Shown: positions 1-10,620, counted from the stretch's first letter. The stretch: DNA of 50,672 nucleotides from Kofleriaceae bacterium (GCA_965215005.1 CBDCCZ010000041.1:1-50672), one strand, 5' to 3'. Translations and numbers: made by a program. Notes: generated from the sequence alone by a model not told the origin.

Positions 1-16
1 TCGTACCGTTCGTCTC

Positions 17-394
17 ATGGCTGGCCGCACCATTCTCGTGGTGGACGATGACCCGGAGATCCGAGGCATGCTCGGTGCGCGGTTGATGAAGAAGGGCTTC
101 GAGGTGGAAACCTCCACAGATGGGGAAGCGGCACTGCAAGAGGTGCGGCGCCTGCGTCCAGATCTCATCATCCTCGACGTGATGATGCCGAAGATGAATG
201 GTTGGGAGGTTGCGCGGGCGATTCGCCAGGACCCAGCGCTGCGCGACATCAAAATCATCATGCTCACCGCGATTGGTGCGCAGATGAACGAGATGACCAG
301 TCCGCTCTACGGGGTCGATGCGTATCTCGACAAGCCATTCGAGTTTTCGGCGCTCGAGGTCGAAATCGACAAAGCGCTTGCGCTAGCAGACTGA
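17..394 (+). CDS. Single-domain response regulator (CheY-like receiver)
   Basis: ILVVDDD, phosphoacceptor LDVMMPKMNG, IIMLTA, YLDKPF; no output domain. Confidence 0.93.
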   Translation: MAGRTILVVDDDPEIRGMLGARLMKKGFEVETSTDGEAALQEVRRLRPDLIILDVMMPKMNGWEVARAIRQDPALRDIKIIMLTAIGAQMNEMTSPLYGVDAYLDKPFEFSALEVEIDKALALAD

Positions 395-424
395 CGCTCA
401 CGGCGTGGTGCGCTCTGGTTCGGG

Positions 425-1000
425 CTAGTCGCTGCCGGAGCCGAGCGCGCGGCTTGCCTTGGCGTACCACGAGCTTTCTGCAGAGACGATTGCCAGGATG
501 CGTCGCAGGAGCTTCCGCGCCGCGGTGGGATCGGACTGTCTGAGGCGATAGGCTTGGCTGTAGAAGTCGCGCGCTTTGCGCTCGAGCGCCTGGCGAACGC
601 GGCGCACCGTGGGGTCGGCGCCGGAGCCGTAGTTGCCCGCAGCGTCGGAGGCCATTTTCGCCGCTTCATACTTCTCTTGCGCCATGTACGCGGCGGCGGC
701 TTGCGGCGCTACTTTGCCGAGTTTTGCGCGGATATAACTGGCGTGGGCGCCGTCGCCGAACTTGCGGTCCACGAACAGCGCGCGGCGATACGCAGCGAGA
801 GCCGCGGCGGGATCACTGCCATCGGCCTGTTCGGCGCGTTCGAAGTTGCTCGCGACCGCTTCGATGTTGGTCGCTTGCTTGCGCAGTCGGGTCGCGTCAT
901 CGCGGTCGGACGTCTCGGCGCCGGCCCGCAGCTGCCGCGCCGCCTCTGCAAACTCACGCCGCCGATATTGCTCCTCGGCCCGCTGCAACAGCTCGCGCAC
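425..1000 (-). CDS. C-terminal helical/TPR-like part of the FHA-domain membrane protein (probably one gene 425-2723 broken by two 1-nt indels)
   Basis: Amphipathic helical repeats (AAALAAYRRAL, AARKLLRRILAI); frame stays open upstream to ~1166, where one added base joins it to the acidic linker. Confidence 0.7.
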   Translation of the reverse strand: MRELLQRAEEQYRRREFAEAARQLRAGAETSDRDDATRLRKQATNIEAVASNFERAEQADGSDPAAALAAYRRALFVDRKFGDGAHASYIRAKLGKVAPQAAAAYMAQEKYEAAKMASDAAGNYGSGADPTVRRVRQALERKARDFYSQAYRLRQSDPTAARKLLRRILAIVSAESSWYAKASRALGSGSD

Positions 1001-1150
1001 GCTTGGCCCAGCGCGGCTGGTGTCGGCGGCGCGACTGCGTGATGCGCTGCGGGGACGCTGCTCACGCTCGCGCGCACGCCGCCGATCGACCGCTGCGCGC
1101 GGCGACTCGCGCGGCTCGTCTGCTTCGGAGCGTGGCGCGTCATCGAGCTC

Positions 1151-1218
1151 GTCGTCGACCTCGCCGGTGCGTCGTCGACCTCGCTGGGTGCGTCGTCGAC
1201 CTCGTGGTGCGTCTCGAC
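1151..1218 (-). repeat. Imperfect ~21-nt coding tandem repeat (EVDDAP-x)
   Basis: gtcgtcgacctcg...gtgc three times with unit lengths 20/21/19; the 20-nt unit coincides with the frameshift. Confidence 0.75.
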
Positions 1219-1406
1219 GAAGGCGGCGAGCAGCGCTTCATTGGTGCCCCACGTCGTAGCGGGCACTGAATCGAACGCGGTGACGGTCGGTTTCGCTTGC
1301 GGCTGGAGCGCCTCGACCACCTCCTCGGTGGCTGCGAGTGCCGGTTCCTCCGTCACTACCTCGCCCGCTTCCTCGCCGGCTTTTGGCCGAGCGGGCTCCT
1401 CATCGG

Positions 1407-2723
1407 TCACCTCGAGCCGCTCAGCGGTGTCGGCAGCAAGCGCTCGAGCTGCATGGGAGCGCCGGCTGGGGGCTCGTCGCGAATCATCACGACCACGATT
1501 GAGATGATCACAGCGGCGAGAGCCGCTGAGGCGAGCGCGAGCACCGCCGTGCGGCCCTGGGGTGGTCGGGCGCCTGTTACCTGAAGCCCGAGCGCCGCTG
1601 CGCCACGCGGCATACTCACCGACATGGTGGTGCTGGGATATCTCGCCGCCGGCTGTGGAACGCTGGCTTCGATGATCGCGGGTGCCGAGGCCGGAGCCGA
1701 GGCTGCTTCGGCTGCTGCCAGCCTCGCCGGAGCCACGGGTTCTCCACCGGCACCCGGCGGGGAGGCCGGCAGGACCAGCCGGCTCGACATCGCCCGGTCG
1801 ATGAGTTGCGGCGCCGACCGCTGCGGCCGTGGGTCCTGCCCATCAGCGAGCGCATCGCGTTCAGCGGGCGAGCGGCCGGCGAGCGTGCTGGCTTCTTCGT
1901 CGACGTCGTCGGCCTGGCCCCAGCCGAGCGGCGCGGCGCTCGGCCGCGTAGCGGGATGCTCCAAGGTGATCGCAGTATTTCCCAGCTCGATTCGATCGCC
2001 GTCGCAAAGCTGGCACACGCCGTCTTCGAAGCGATCGTTGAGCAGCGTGCCGTTGCCCGAGCCGAGGTCTCGCACGGTGTAACACCGGCCGTCGAAGTCG
2101 AGCTCAGAATGATGTCGCGACACGGCGAGATCGGTGAGCACCACATCGTTGTCGACGGCGCGGCCGATGCGCACGCGTCTGCCTACGAGCTCGAAGCTGC
2201 GGCCGGCGTCATTGCCTCCGGTGATGGTCAATCGGCCCTCGGTCGCGCTCGGCTCGCGCGCTCGATGCATGCCGTCGCCGCCCGGCGCAGCTGTCGACGG
2301 ATACATCTGCGGCGCGAGTGGCTTGACGTGCTCATCGACCGTGGGCTCGTCGAGCGTCGAGTGATCGCTGCTGGGGGCCCGAATCTCGGCCTCTGGTGGA
2401 TTGACCGAAGCACTATGCGCCGCTGCTTCGACGAGTGGCAGCTCGAATGCCTCAGGAGCCAACGAATCCCGCGTCTCGCCGGTCGGCTCCAAAACCGCTA
2501 AGCCACGACCCGCATCGTCGTCATCGACGATGGTTTTCTCACCCCAGCCGGCGTCGAGCGCGTTGGCGTCGAGGTGCCCCACGGGTATCGCCGCGAGCGC
2601 GACGGGTGCGCTTCGCAAGCGCGCCTTTGGACCTTCTTCGATGGTCGTGCGCTCTTCCTCGATGACGTCAGCCGTTGGGCGCGGGGCGGGCACTGGCCCG
2701 TGCTCCGTGGGACGTCGCGGCAC
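1407..2723 (-). CDS. FHA-domain single-pass membrane protein, N-terminal part
   Basis: FHA motifs IGR, VSRHH, DLGSGNGT, GDRIELG; TM segment AVLALASAALAAVIISIVVVMI; GTG 2723 lies 6 nt after TAGACT. Confidence 0.85.
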   Translation of the reverse strand: MPRRPTEHGPVPAPRPTADVIEEERTTIEEGPKARLRSAPVALAAIPVGHLDANALDAGWGEKTIVDDDDAGRGLAVLEPTGETRDSLAPEAFELPLVEAAAHSASVNPPEAEIRAPSSDHSTLDEPTVDEHVKPLAPQMYPSTAAPGGDGMHRAREPSATEGRLTITGGNDAGRSFELVGRRVRIGRAVDNDVVLTDLAVSRHHSELDFDGRCYTVRDLGSGNGTLLNDRFEDGVCQLCDGDRIELGNTAITLEHPATRPSAAPLGWGQADDVDEEASTLAGRSPAERDALADGQDPRPQRSAPQLIDRAMSSRLVLPASPPGAGGEPVAPARLAAAEAASAPASAPAIIEASVPQPAARYPSTTMSVSMPRGAAALGLQVTGARPPQGRTAVLALASAALAAVIISIVVVMIRDEPPAGAPMQLERLLPTPLSGSR

Positions 2724-2859
2724 CAAAAAAGTCTACGAGTGTGGGGGGCAAGGGATCAACTGCGCAAAGCAGTTGCTTGGATGTGGGTTGATCTGCCGGT
2801 AACGGGCACAGCACCCCGATGTCGTCAAAGGATGCCGGGTGTGCGCTATAAACGCGGTC

Positions 2860-3535
2860 GTGAAGCTGCCTTTCCACGACGTCACCACTGGCGCGACTGC
2901 TGAGCTGGTGCTCGCTCCCACCAAGATCGTCGGTGTCGGCGTCAACTACCGTCTGCACGCGGCGGAGATGGGCAAGAGCTTGCCGAGCGAGCCGCTGCTG
3001 TTTCTCAAGCCGCCCTCGGCGCTGCTGGCCCCCGGCGGCACGATCGAGCGCCCTATGGGCTACGAGCGGGTCGACTTCGAAGGCGAGCTCGGCGTCGTCA
3101 TCGCTAGCCAAACGCGTCACGTAGCTCCCTCGCGGGCGCTCGAGCACGTGCGCGGCTACGTCTGTGTCAATGACGTGTCGTGTCGCGACCTGCAAACTCT
3201 CGATGGCCAGTGGGCGCGGGCCAAAGGGTTCGATTCGTTTTGTCCGGTTGGTCCACGGGTGGTGGCGGGACTGGATCCGCAGCGCTTGCGCATCACGTCG
3301 CGCGTCAATGGGCAGGTGCGGCAAGACTCCTCGACCTCGGACATGATCTTTGGCATTGCCGCGCTGGTCTCGTTCATCAGTCGCCACATGACTCTCGAGG
3401 AAGGCGATCTGATCACCACTGGCACTCCCTCAGGAGTTGGAAATCTGGCTCCGGGAGACGAGGTTGAGATCGAGATCGAGGGCATTGGCGTGTTGAAAAA
3501 ACCGCGTGGCTGCTGCCGAGGCTCCGCTGGCATGA
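2860..3535 (+). CDS. Fumarylacetoacetate hydrolase family protein (3' end read through by an apparent extra A)
   Basis: KIVGVGVNY, PLLFLKP, DFEGEL, NDVSCRD, AKGFDSFCPVGP, GDLITTGTP; removing one A from A6 (3496-3501) gives ...LKNRVAAAEAPLA-stop overlapping the folK ATG. Confidence 0.9.
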
Positions 3536-4092
3536 GCTCGGCGATCGTGGGCCTGGGCGGTAACGTCGGCGGTCGCGATCGGGTTCTCGAACGATTTCGT
3601 GCGGCGGTTGCCGAGCTGCGCGAGTGGCCCGGGGTCGAGCGGGTGCAGTGCTCGCAAGTGTGGAGCACTGCGCCCGTTGGTCCGGTCCAGAGCCAGCCGC
3701 GGTTCCTCAATGCCGCCGTTCGGTTGCAGCTGATCCGACCGATAGTCCCGCACCAGCTGCTAGCGGCGTTGCTCGCTATCGAAGCCAGGTTTGGCCGCGA
3801 CCGCTCGGTGCGCTTCGGACCGCGCTCGATCGATCTCGACTTGCTGTTGATGGACTCGCAGTTGGTGCGAGACTCAGGGCCGCCGCTCACCGTGGTGCCG
3901 CACCCGCGGCTCGCCGAGCGCGCGTTCGCGCTGGTTCCCGTGATGGAGCTCGTCGGCGCCCACGCGCCGCTGCCGGGGCATCACGCCTCTGTCGGCGTGG
4001 CACTCGAGGCGGCATTAGCGGCGGGACAAGAGCCGCCGAAGGTTGTCGCGGTGCTTGAGGACGATGACCAGATACGCCAGGACACCCAGTAG
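3532..4092 (+). CDS. folK: 2-amino-4-hydroxy-6-hydroxymethyldihydropteridine diphosphokinase
   Basis: GLGGN, QPRFLNAA, IEARFGR, GPRSIDLDLL, VPHPRLAERAFAL. Confidence 0.92.
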   Translation: MSSAIVGLGGNVGGRDRVLERFRAAVAELREWPGVERVQCSQVWSTAPVGPVQSQPRFLNAAVRLQLIRPIVPHQLLAALLAIEARFGRDRSVRFGPRSIDLDLLLMDSQLVRDSGPPLTVVPHPRLAERAFALVPVMELVGAHAPLPGHHASVGVALEAALAAGQEPPKVVAVLEDDDQIRQDTQ

Positions 4093-4602
4093 CACCACGG
4101 CGGGCTCGGCGCCGAGCAGCCAAAGACTCAGCGGCACCGTCAGCGCCGCGCCGAGCGAAGCGATGGCGACGATGCGGACGACGGCGTAGATGAGCGCAAA
4201 GACGGCAACCGCTAGCGCTGCGGCTTGCGGGCCGGCCACGATGAAGACGCCAAGCGAGGTGGCCACTCCTTTGCCGCCGCGAAATCGCAGCCACACCGGG
4301 GCGCAGTGCCCGACGATCGCGGCCATGCCCACGACAGTCGTGACGTACGGGCTCACGCGCTCGGGCAGCCGCAGCGCATTGGCGGCGAGCAGCGGTGCCG
4401 CGCCTTTGAGGGCATCGAGCACGAGCACGAGAACCCCGAGGGTCGCGCCGACCGTGCGGGCCACGTTGGTAGCGCCGATGTTGCCACTGCCGTGCACGCG
4501 GATATCGACTCCGCGCCGGCGCGCGAGCAGCAGGCCGAACGGAATCGAGCCGACGACGTAGGCGCCGGCGATGACGATGGCGGTAAGTGCGGGCAGGCTC
4601 AC
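4015..4602 (-). CDS. plsY: Glycerol-3-phosphate 1-O-acyltransferase
   Basis: GSIPFG, GSGNIGATN, LDALKG, GHCAP, FRGGKGVAT, KHRDN; GTG 4602 follows GGGAG (alternative ATG 4623). Confidence 0.95.
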   Translation of the reverse strand: MSLPALTAIVIAGAYVVGSIPFGLLLARRRGVDIRVHGSGNIGATNVARTVGATLGVLVLVLDALKGAAPLLAANALRLPERVSPYVTTVVGMAAIVGHCAPVWLRFRGGKGVATSLGVFIVAGPQAAALAVAVFALIYAVVRIVAIASLGAALTVPLSLWLLGAEPAVVLLGVLAYLVIVLKHRDNLRRLLSRR

Positions 4603-4686
4603 GGCAAGCTCCCGCCCGGGCATCGCGCCGAGGCCGCGGTGGCATCGCGCCGGTTGCCCTCACTCCTGCGGCAAGACCTGCGCTCG

Positions 4687-4717
4687 GCGGCAAACCGCGC
4701 CGAAGCGGCAAACCGCG
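4687..4717. repeat. 13-bp direct repeat GCGGCAAACCGCG x2
   Basis: Copies at 4687-4699 and 4705-4717, partial copy at 4668; intergenic, upstream of plsY. Confidence 0.6.
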
Positions 4718-4726
4718 ATTGCGGCG

Positions 4727-6679
4727 TCAAGCGGCGCTCCACCAGCGGCGGGCTTGCTCGATCGAGGAGGTGCGGCGTAGCGCCACCGGCAAGCTATCTA
4801 GGAAGGTCTGGCCATAGGCGCGGGTGACGATGCGACGATCGAGAACCGTGACGATACCGCGGTCATCGCAACGGCGAATGAGGCGCCCAAAGCCTTGCTT
4901 GAGGGCCAACGCCGCGCGCGGCAGCAGATAGTCGTCGAAGGCAGAGGCGCCGCTTTCTTCGACGCGCCGCATCCGCGCGGCCAGCAGCGGGTCGGTGGGG
5001 GGCGAAAACGGCAGCTTGTCGATGATCACCTGCGACAGCGCATCGCCGGGAACATCGACGCCTTCCCAGAAGCTGCCGGTGGCAAGCAGCACCGAGCGCG
5101 GGGTGGCGCGGAACCGCTGCAGGAGCTGCGCGCGCGGCGCTTGGCCCTGCACCCACAACGGATAGTCACCGCCGCGGAGGCGTCGGGCGGCGTCGGCGAG
5201 ATTGCGATGGCTGGTGAAGAGGACGAACGCGCGGCCATCGGTGATCGCCAGAAGCGCGCAGATGCGAGCGCAGGCCGAGGCCAGAAATTCAGCCTCGGAT
5301 GGCAGGGGCAGATCCTGCGGCAGGTAGAGGAGCGCCTGGCGCGCGTAGTCGAAGGCCGAGGCCACCGCGAGCTCATCGACGTCTAGCTCGGTGAGGCCTA
5401 AGCGGCCGCGGAGGTAGTCGAACCGACCCGCGACGCTAAGCGTGGCGGAGGTGATGACGGCGCTGCCGAGGCGCGGGATCACCTGATCCTTGACGATATC
5501 CCCAACGTCGACGGGCGAGGCGCAGAGGCTCACGTGGGCGCCGCGGAGCTCGCCCCAATAGACGTAGCGGTGCGCCGAGCGTTCGACGAGCAGCGCCAGA
5601 TCCGTGCGCAAAAACTCGCAGCGGCGGCTCATGGCTTCGAGCTGGTTCTGTCGCTCGTCGTCGGCATCGCTGGCAGCGCCGGCGCTGTGGCTGGAGAGGT
5701 CGTGAAGAGCGCTGTCGAGGCGAAACCATGCCTCTTCGTGCTCGGCGCGCGAAAACAGATCGCCAGCGAGCTCGATGCGTGCAGCGTCGCCCGCCGCGAT
5801 GCCGAGGTAGCTGCGCATGAGCAGAAATAGCTGCGCCGCGCTGCGCTCGAGGTGCTCGAGGATCGCTGCCGCGCTCGAGAGGCCGGTCCATAAGGTTGCG
5901 TCGCGCGCACCGGTGAGGAGCTGGCGGGCATCGCGACTCAGCTGTTGTAGCCGGGCGGTGGACACGCGGACGCCGAAGTGCTCGGTGACCACCTCTTCGA
6001 GCTGATGGCCTTCATCGAAGATCACCGCGTCGTAGTCGGGTAGCACGCGAGCGCTGGGGTGATGGGTCTTGAGCGCGAGGTCGGCAAAGAACAGGTGATG
6101 GTTGACGAGGATGAGGTTGGCCTGCTCGGCGCGGCGACGGGCTTGGGTGACGAAGCAGCGGTCGAAGAATTCGCAGCGGGGACCGATGCGGGTTTCGGGG
6201 GTGACAGTGACGAGCGGCCAGAGCCGCGAGTCGTCGGCAACGCGTTCGACCTCGGCGCGGTCGCCGGTGACGGTGTGGTCGATCCAGTCGAGCACCTCGT
6301 GAGCGTCGTCGCGGAGGTCATCGGGGACGTGCCGTCCCAGCTGCGCCGCGAGGCGTCGGCAGGCGTAGTTTGCCATTCCCTTGAGCGTCACCGCGACGAA
6401 CGGCTGCGGCAGCACGCTGGCGAGCAGCGGCAGATCGTGACGGGCGATTTGCTCCTGCAGCACCCGCGTTCCCGTTGACACCACCACACGCTTGCCGCTG
6501 GTGAGCGCCGGCACGAGATAGGCGAGCGTTTTGCCGGTCCCGGTGCCGGCTTCTGCAAGAAGGAGCCGGCCCGATACCAGTGCTCGCTCCACGGCTTGGG
6601 CCATGCGCCGCTGCTCGGGGCGATCTTCGTAGTGCGGCACTGCCGCAGCTAGCGCGCCGGCGGGGCCAAGCACCTCCAT
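4727..6679 (-). CDS. dinG: DinG/YoaA family ATP-dependent helicase (Fe-S)
   Basis: AGTGTGKT, NYAC...C...C, DEGH, SAT, GSFWEGVDVPG, KQGFGRLIR; ATG overlaps the hisIE stop (TAATG). Confidence 0.93.
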   Translation of the reverse strand: MEVLGPAGALAAAVPHYEDRPEQRRMAQAVERALVSGRLLLAEAGTGTGKTLAYLVPALTSGKRVVVSTGTRVLQEQIARHDLPLLASVLPQPFVAVTLKGMANYACRRLAAQLGRHVPDDLRDDAHEVLDWIDHTVTGDRAEVERVADDSRLWPLVTVTPETRIGPRCEFFDRCFVTQARRRAEQANLILVNHHLFFADLALKTHHPSARVLPDYDAVIFDEGHQLEEVVTEHFGVRVSTARLQQLSRDARQLLTGARDATLWTGLSSAAAILEHLERSAAQLFLLMRSYLGIAAGDAARIELAGDLFSRAEHEEAWFRLDSALHDLSSHSAGAASDADDERQNQLEAMSRRCEFLRTDLALLVERSAHRYVYWGELRGAHVSLCASPVDVGDIVKDQVIPRLGSAVITSATLSVAGRFDYLRGRLGLTELDVDELAVASAFDYARQALLYLPQDLPLPSEAEFLASACARICALLAITDGRAFVLFTSHRNLADAARRLRGGDYPLWVQGQAPRAQLLQRFRATPRSVLLATGSFWEGVDVPGDALSQVIIDKLPFSPPTDPLLAARMRRVEESGASAFDDYLLPRAALALKQGFGRLIRRCDDRGIVTVLDRRIVTRAYGQTFLDSLPVALRRTSSIEQARRWWSAA

Positions 6680-7341
6680 TACTCGCGCGAGGCCTTCTCC
6701 TGGTGGCCGCCCACGCCAAAGCGCCGGCCAAGCTCGTGCCACACATCGCCCACGGGAATGTCACGAGCCACCAGCCCGACGAGCACGTGGAACAAGAGAT
6801 CGGCGGTCTCGTGAACCACGGCCTTGCGATCACCGATTGGCAGCTCCTCCGCTAGCTCGCGCTGCTCTTCGCCGATCTTGGCGAGAATCTTCGGCATGCC
6901 AGCGTCGAGTAGCGACTTGGTGTAGCTGGTGTCGGCGTCGGCGGAATCGCGGCGGGCGCGAAGCACTCGTTCGAGCCGGTCGAGCACCGTGGCGGGAGGC
7001 GCTGGCGGGCCATCGTCGTCGCGATCTTCACTGTGAAAGAAGCACGAGGTGGCGCCGGTGTGGCACGTGGGTCCGGCTGGCTCCGCGCGCATCAGAATCG
7101 TGTCGGCGTCGCAATCCACCCGCAGCTCGCGCACCGCCAGCACGTTGCCGGAGCTCTCACCCTTCTTCCACAGCCGCTGCCGCGACCGCGAGTAGAAGTG
7201 CGCGTAGCCGGTCGCATGGGTTTCCGCGAGAGCCTCGGCGTTCATCCACGCCATCATCAAGATCGCGCCGGTGTCGGCGTCTTGGACGATCGCGGGTAAC
7301 AGTCCCTGTTCGTTCCACGCCAGCTGCAGAGGAATAGCCAT
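6679..7341 (-). CDS. hisIE: Bifunctional phosphoribosyl-AMP cyclohydrolase / phosphoribosyl-ATP diphosphatase
   Basis: [36 protein letters not shown]. Confidence 0.96.
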   Translation of the reverse strand: MAIPLQLAWNEQGLLPAIVQDADTGAILMMAWMNAEALAETHATGYAHFYSRSRQRLWKKGESSGNVLAVRELRVDCDADTILMRAEPAGPTCHTGATSCFFHSEDRDDDGPPAPPATVLDRLERVLRARRDSADADTSYTKSLLDAGMPKILAKIGEEQRELAEELPIGDRKAVVHETADLLFHVLVGLVARDIPVGDVWHELGRRFGVGGHQEKASRE

Positions 7342-7466
7342 CGGCTCAATCTACCTTCCTTGCGACCGGCGACGAAACGCTTGGGTCTTGGTTCGTGCGC
7401 AGGAGCGCCACGTCGAGGCGCCACGCCGCGCGCGGGACAGCCGATGACCGCCACTGCCGCAGCGAG

Positions 7467-7679
7467 CTACTTGGAAGAGACTTCGCTCTCGAGCTTGAGG
7501 ACCTCGTCGCCGTCTTCTTGCTCGATGAGCAGGGCTTTGTCCTCCTTGGACCCGTTGCGGGTGATTTCGCTGCCCTTGAGGGTCCGCGTAATCTTGTGAT
7601 CGAAGGTCTTGGTGACCTTGCCGGTAGCGTCGCCGTTTCCCCATTTCCACGCGACGCGATCGCCTTTTTGAATGCCCAT
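7467..7679 (-). CDS. Small DUF2945/HVA1-like (Tudor/SH3-like) protein, 70 aa
   Basis: MGIQKGDRVAWKWGNGDATGKV...KGSEITRNGSKEDKALLIEQEDGDEVLKLESEV; last 70 aa of the 7467..8423 ORF. Confidence 0.85.
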   Translation of the reverse strand: MGIQKGDRVAWKWGNGDATGKVTKTFDHKITRTLKGSEITRNGSKEDKALLIEQEDGDEVLKLESEVSSK

Positions 7680-7691
7680 GGCGGCAGTCTT

Positions 7692-7707
7692 TGCGGCTGG
7701 CGTGCCA
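7692..7707 (-). promoter_or_regulatory. Sigma54-like -24/-12 element
   Basis: Minus strand TGGCACG-CCAG-CCGCA (GG-N10-GC); conserved C is 14 nt from the ATG. Confidence 0.6.
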
Positions 7708-7728
7708 GCACCAGGCCATGGGGGCGAC

Positions 7729-8490
7729 TCAGAGCATGCGTACAGCGACGCCGCGGTCGGCGAGATATGCTTTGGCTTCACCGATGGTGTGCTCGCCGTA
7801 ATGAAAGATCGAAGCAGCAAGCACGGCATCGGCGCCGCCGTCGGTGAGGCCTTGCGCGAGGTGCTCGAGGCAGCCAACGCCGCCGGAGGCGATGACCGGA
7901 ATCGGAACCGCATCGGCGACCCGACGGGTGAGCTCGAGCTCGTAGCCTTGGCGCGTACCGTCGCGATCCATGCTGGTGAGGAGGAGCTCACCGGCGCCGA
8001 GCGCGGCGACCTTGTCGCACCACTGCAGGGCATCGAGGCCCGAGGCGGTGCGACCGCCGTGGGTAAACACCTCGTAGCTGCCGTCGCTGCGGCGTTTGGC
8101 ATCGACCGCGATGACGATTGCCTGGCTGCCGAAGTGATCGGCGCAGGCGGCGATGAGACTCGGATCGGCGATCGCCGCGGTATTGATGGCGACTTTATCG
8201 GCGCCCGCCTCGAGTAGGCGCCGGGCATCGGCCACGGTGCGGACGCCGCCGCCCACGGTGAGCGGCACGAACACGCAGTCGGCGGTGCGGGCAACGATCT
8301 CGACCATCGTCGACTTGCCCTCGGGCGAAGCGGAGATGTCGAGGAAGCAGACCTCATCGGCGCCTTGCGAGTCGTAGGCCGCCGCTTGCTCGACCGGATC
8401 GCCGGCATCGCGCAGCTCGACAAAGTTGATGCCCTTGACCACCCGGCCGTTCTTGACGTCCAGGCACGGGATGATGCGTTTGGTCAGCAC
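7729..8490 (-). CDS. hisF: Imidazole glycerol phosphate synthase cyclase subunit
   Basis: [46 protein letters not shown]. Confidence 0.97.
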   Translation of the reverse strand: MLTKRIIPCLDVKNGRVVKGINFVELRDAGDPVEQAAAYDSQGADEVCFLDISASPEGKSTMVEIVARTADCVFVPLTVGGGVRTVADARRLLEAGADKVAINTAAIADPSLIAACADHFGSQAIVIAVDAKRRSDGSYEVFTHGGRTASGLDALQWCDKVAALGAGELLLTSMDRDGTRQGYELELTRRVADAVPIPVIASGGVGCLEHLAQGLTDGGADAVLAASIFHYGEHTIGEAKAYLADRGVAVRML

Positions 8491-9203
8491 GCGGCCTCGA
8501 TGGCCTCGGCCAAGGTGAAGCGTCGGTCGTAAAGCGCGCGACCGACGATGACCGAGGGAATGGCCGCGATGGCCAGAGCTCGCAGATGGTCCAGGGTAGC
8601 CACGCCGCCGGAGGCGATGACCTCGGTTTGACCGTGAACTGCGGCGGCGAGAGCGCGGGTCGCTTCGACGTTGGGACCTGCGCCGGTGCCGTCGCGGGCG
8701 ACATCGGTGTAGAGGAGCGCTCCGGCGCCCCATGCCGCGGCGCGCTGACCGAGCTCAATCGCGCTCACGGTGGAGGCCTCGACCCATCCTTCTACGGCGA
8801 CCATGCCGTCGCTGGCATCGACGGCGACGACGATCTGGTCGGGAAACTCGCGGCACAGCGTCTCGACGAGGTGGGGATCCTTGACCGCCGCGGTGCCGAG
8901 CACGGCGAACCGCGCACCGGCGGCAAACACTGCCTCCACGGCACGGCGATCGCGCAGCCCACCGCCGACCTGCACCGGCACCGAGCAGGCTTTGACGATG
9001 CGCTCGATGATGGGCGTGTGAACGCGGGAGCCCGAGAACGCGCCATCGAGATCGACGACGTGAATGCGGCTGGCGCCCTGGGCGACGAAGTCGGCGACGA
9101 GCTCCCAAGGCGCGTCGGAGAACACTGTGGCCTGATCGCGGCGGCCCTGCTGCAGGCGAACGGCTTTGCCGGCGAGGAGATCGATTGCGGGAAAGACGTT
9201 CAC
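8484..9203 (-). CDS. hisA: ProFAR isomerase
   Basis: [41 protein letters not shown]. Confidence 0.96.
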   Translation of the reverse strand: MNVFPAIDLLAGKAVRLQQGRRDQATVFSDAPWELVADFVAQGASRIHVVDLDGAFSGSRVHTPIIERIVKACSVPVQVGGGLRDRRAVEAVFAAGARFAVLGTAAVKDPHLVETLCREFPDQIVVAVDASDGMVAVEGWVEASTVSAIELGQRAAAWGAGALLYTDVARDGTGAGPNVEATRALAAAVHGQTEVIASGGVATLDHLRALAIAAIPSVIVGRALYDRRFTLAEAIEAAC

Positions 9204-9236
9204 GAAAGGCGGCTCCGGTGGCGAAAAACGCGCGAG

Positions 9237-9857
9237 CTATTGGTCGACGAAGTTCTGCAGCAGCCGCAGACCGACCGACTGGCTCTTTTCGGGGTGAAAC
9301 TGGCAGGCAAACAGGTTGTCTTGGCGTATCGCGGCGGCGAACGGCGTGCCGTAGGTGCAAGTTAGATCGACGATGTCCTGGCTTGCGGGGGCGACGAAAT
9401 ACGAGTGCACGAAGTAGACGAAGGCGCCGTCGTCGATGCCGCGCAGCAGCGGCTCATCGCGGCCGCGACGCCAGACCCGATTCCAGCCCATATGCGGAAC
9501 TTTGAGCGCTGGATCGGCGGGGCGGAAGCGGCGGACCTGCCCCGGCAACAGGCCCAGACCTGCAATCGGCCCCTGTTCCTCGGACTGCTCGAAGAGGACC
9601 TGCAGTCCGAGGCAGATGCCCAGAAACGGCCGCCCCGAGGCGATGGCTTCGCGCAACGCGGGCTCGAGCCCGCGCTCGTCCAGGGCGCGGCGAAACGCAC
9701 CAAAGGCTCCTTGCCCGGGGACCACGACCTTATCGGCGCGGGCGATGCGGTCAGGGTCACTGGTGATGACCGGCTGGCCACCGACTTTGGCGAGGGCCTT
9801 TTCGACCGACCGCAAGTTGCCGGAGCCGGTATCGACGATGGCAATGGAGGCGGGCAT
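9237..9857 (-). CDS. hisH: Imidazole glycerol phosphate synthase glutaminase subunit
   Basis: GNLRSV, PGQGAF, GICLGLQ, VPHMGWN, YFVHSY, QFHPEKS. Confidence 0.97.
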   Translation of the reverse strand: MPASIAIVDTGSGNLRSVEKALAKVGGQPVITSDPDRIARADKVVVPGQGAFGAFRRALDERGLEPALREAIASGRPFLGICLGLQVLFEQSEEQGPIAGLGLLPGQVRRFRPADPALKVPHMGWNRVWRRGRDEPLLRGIDDGAFVYFVHSYFVAPASQDIVDLTCTYGTPFAAAIRQDNLFACQFHPEKSQSVGLRLLQNFVDQ

Positions 9858-9858
9858 G

Positions 9859-10461
<603 letters not shown>

Positions 10462-10620
10462 GCCCGTATCTACCACAGGATGGGCGGGCGTCACGAGCGC
10501 CCATCCTGGGTCGCCTCCGGTGGGTCACCGCTGGGGCGGGAGGTCCGACGGGGTCGGCTCGAGGCGGATGCTCCGTGGGCATGACCAAGAGCAATTTCTG
10601 CGCGCGGCGTTGCTGGAGCG

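Noticed and set aside
2839..4092. Novel FAH-FolK fusion enzyme (417 aa)
   Set aside because: One fewer A in a homopolymer restores a normal FAH end and an ATGA-coupled folK; other single-base indels nearby suggest sequencing error
7467..8423. 318-aa ORF overlapping hisF
   Set aside because: Only the last 70 codons look protein-like; the rest is an alternative frame of hisF
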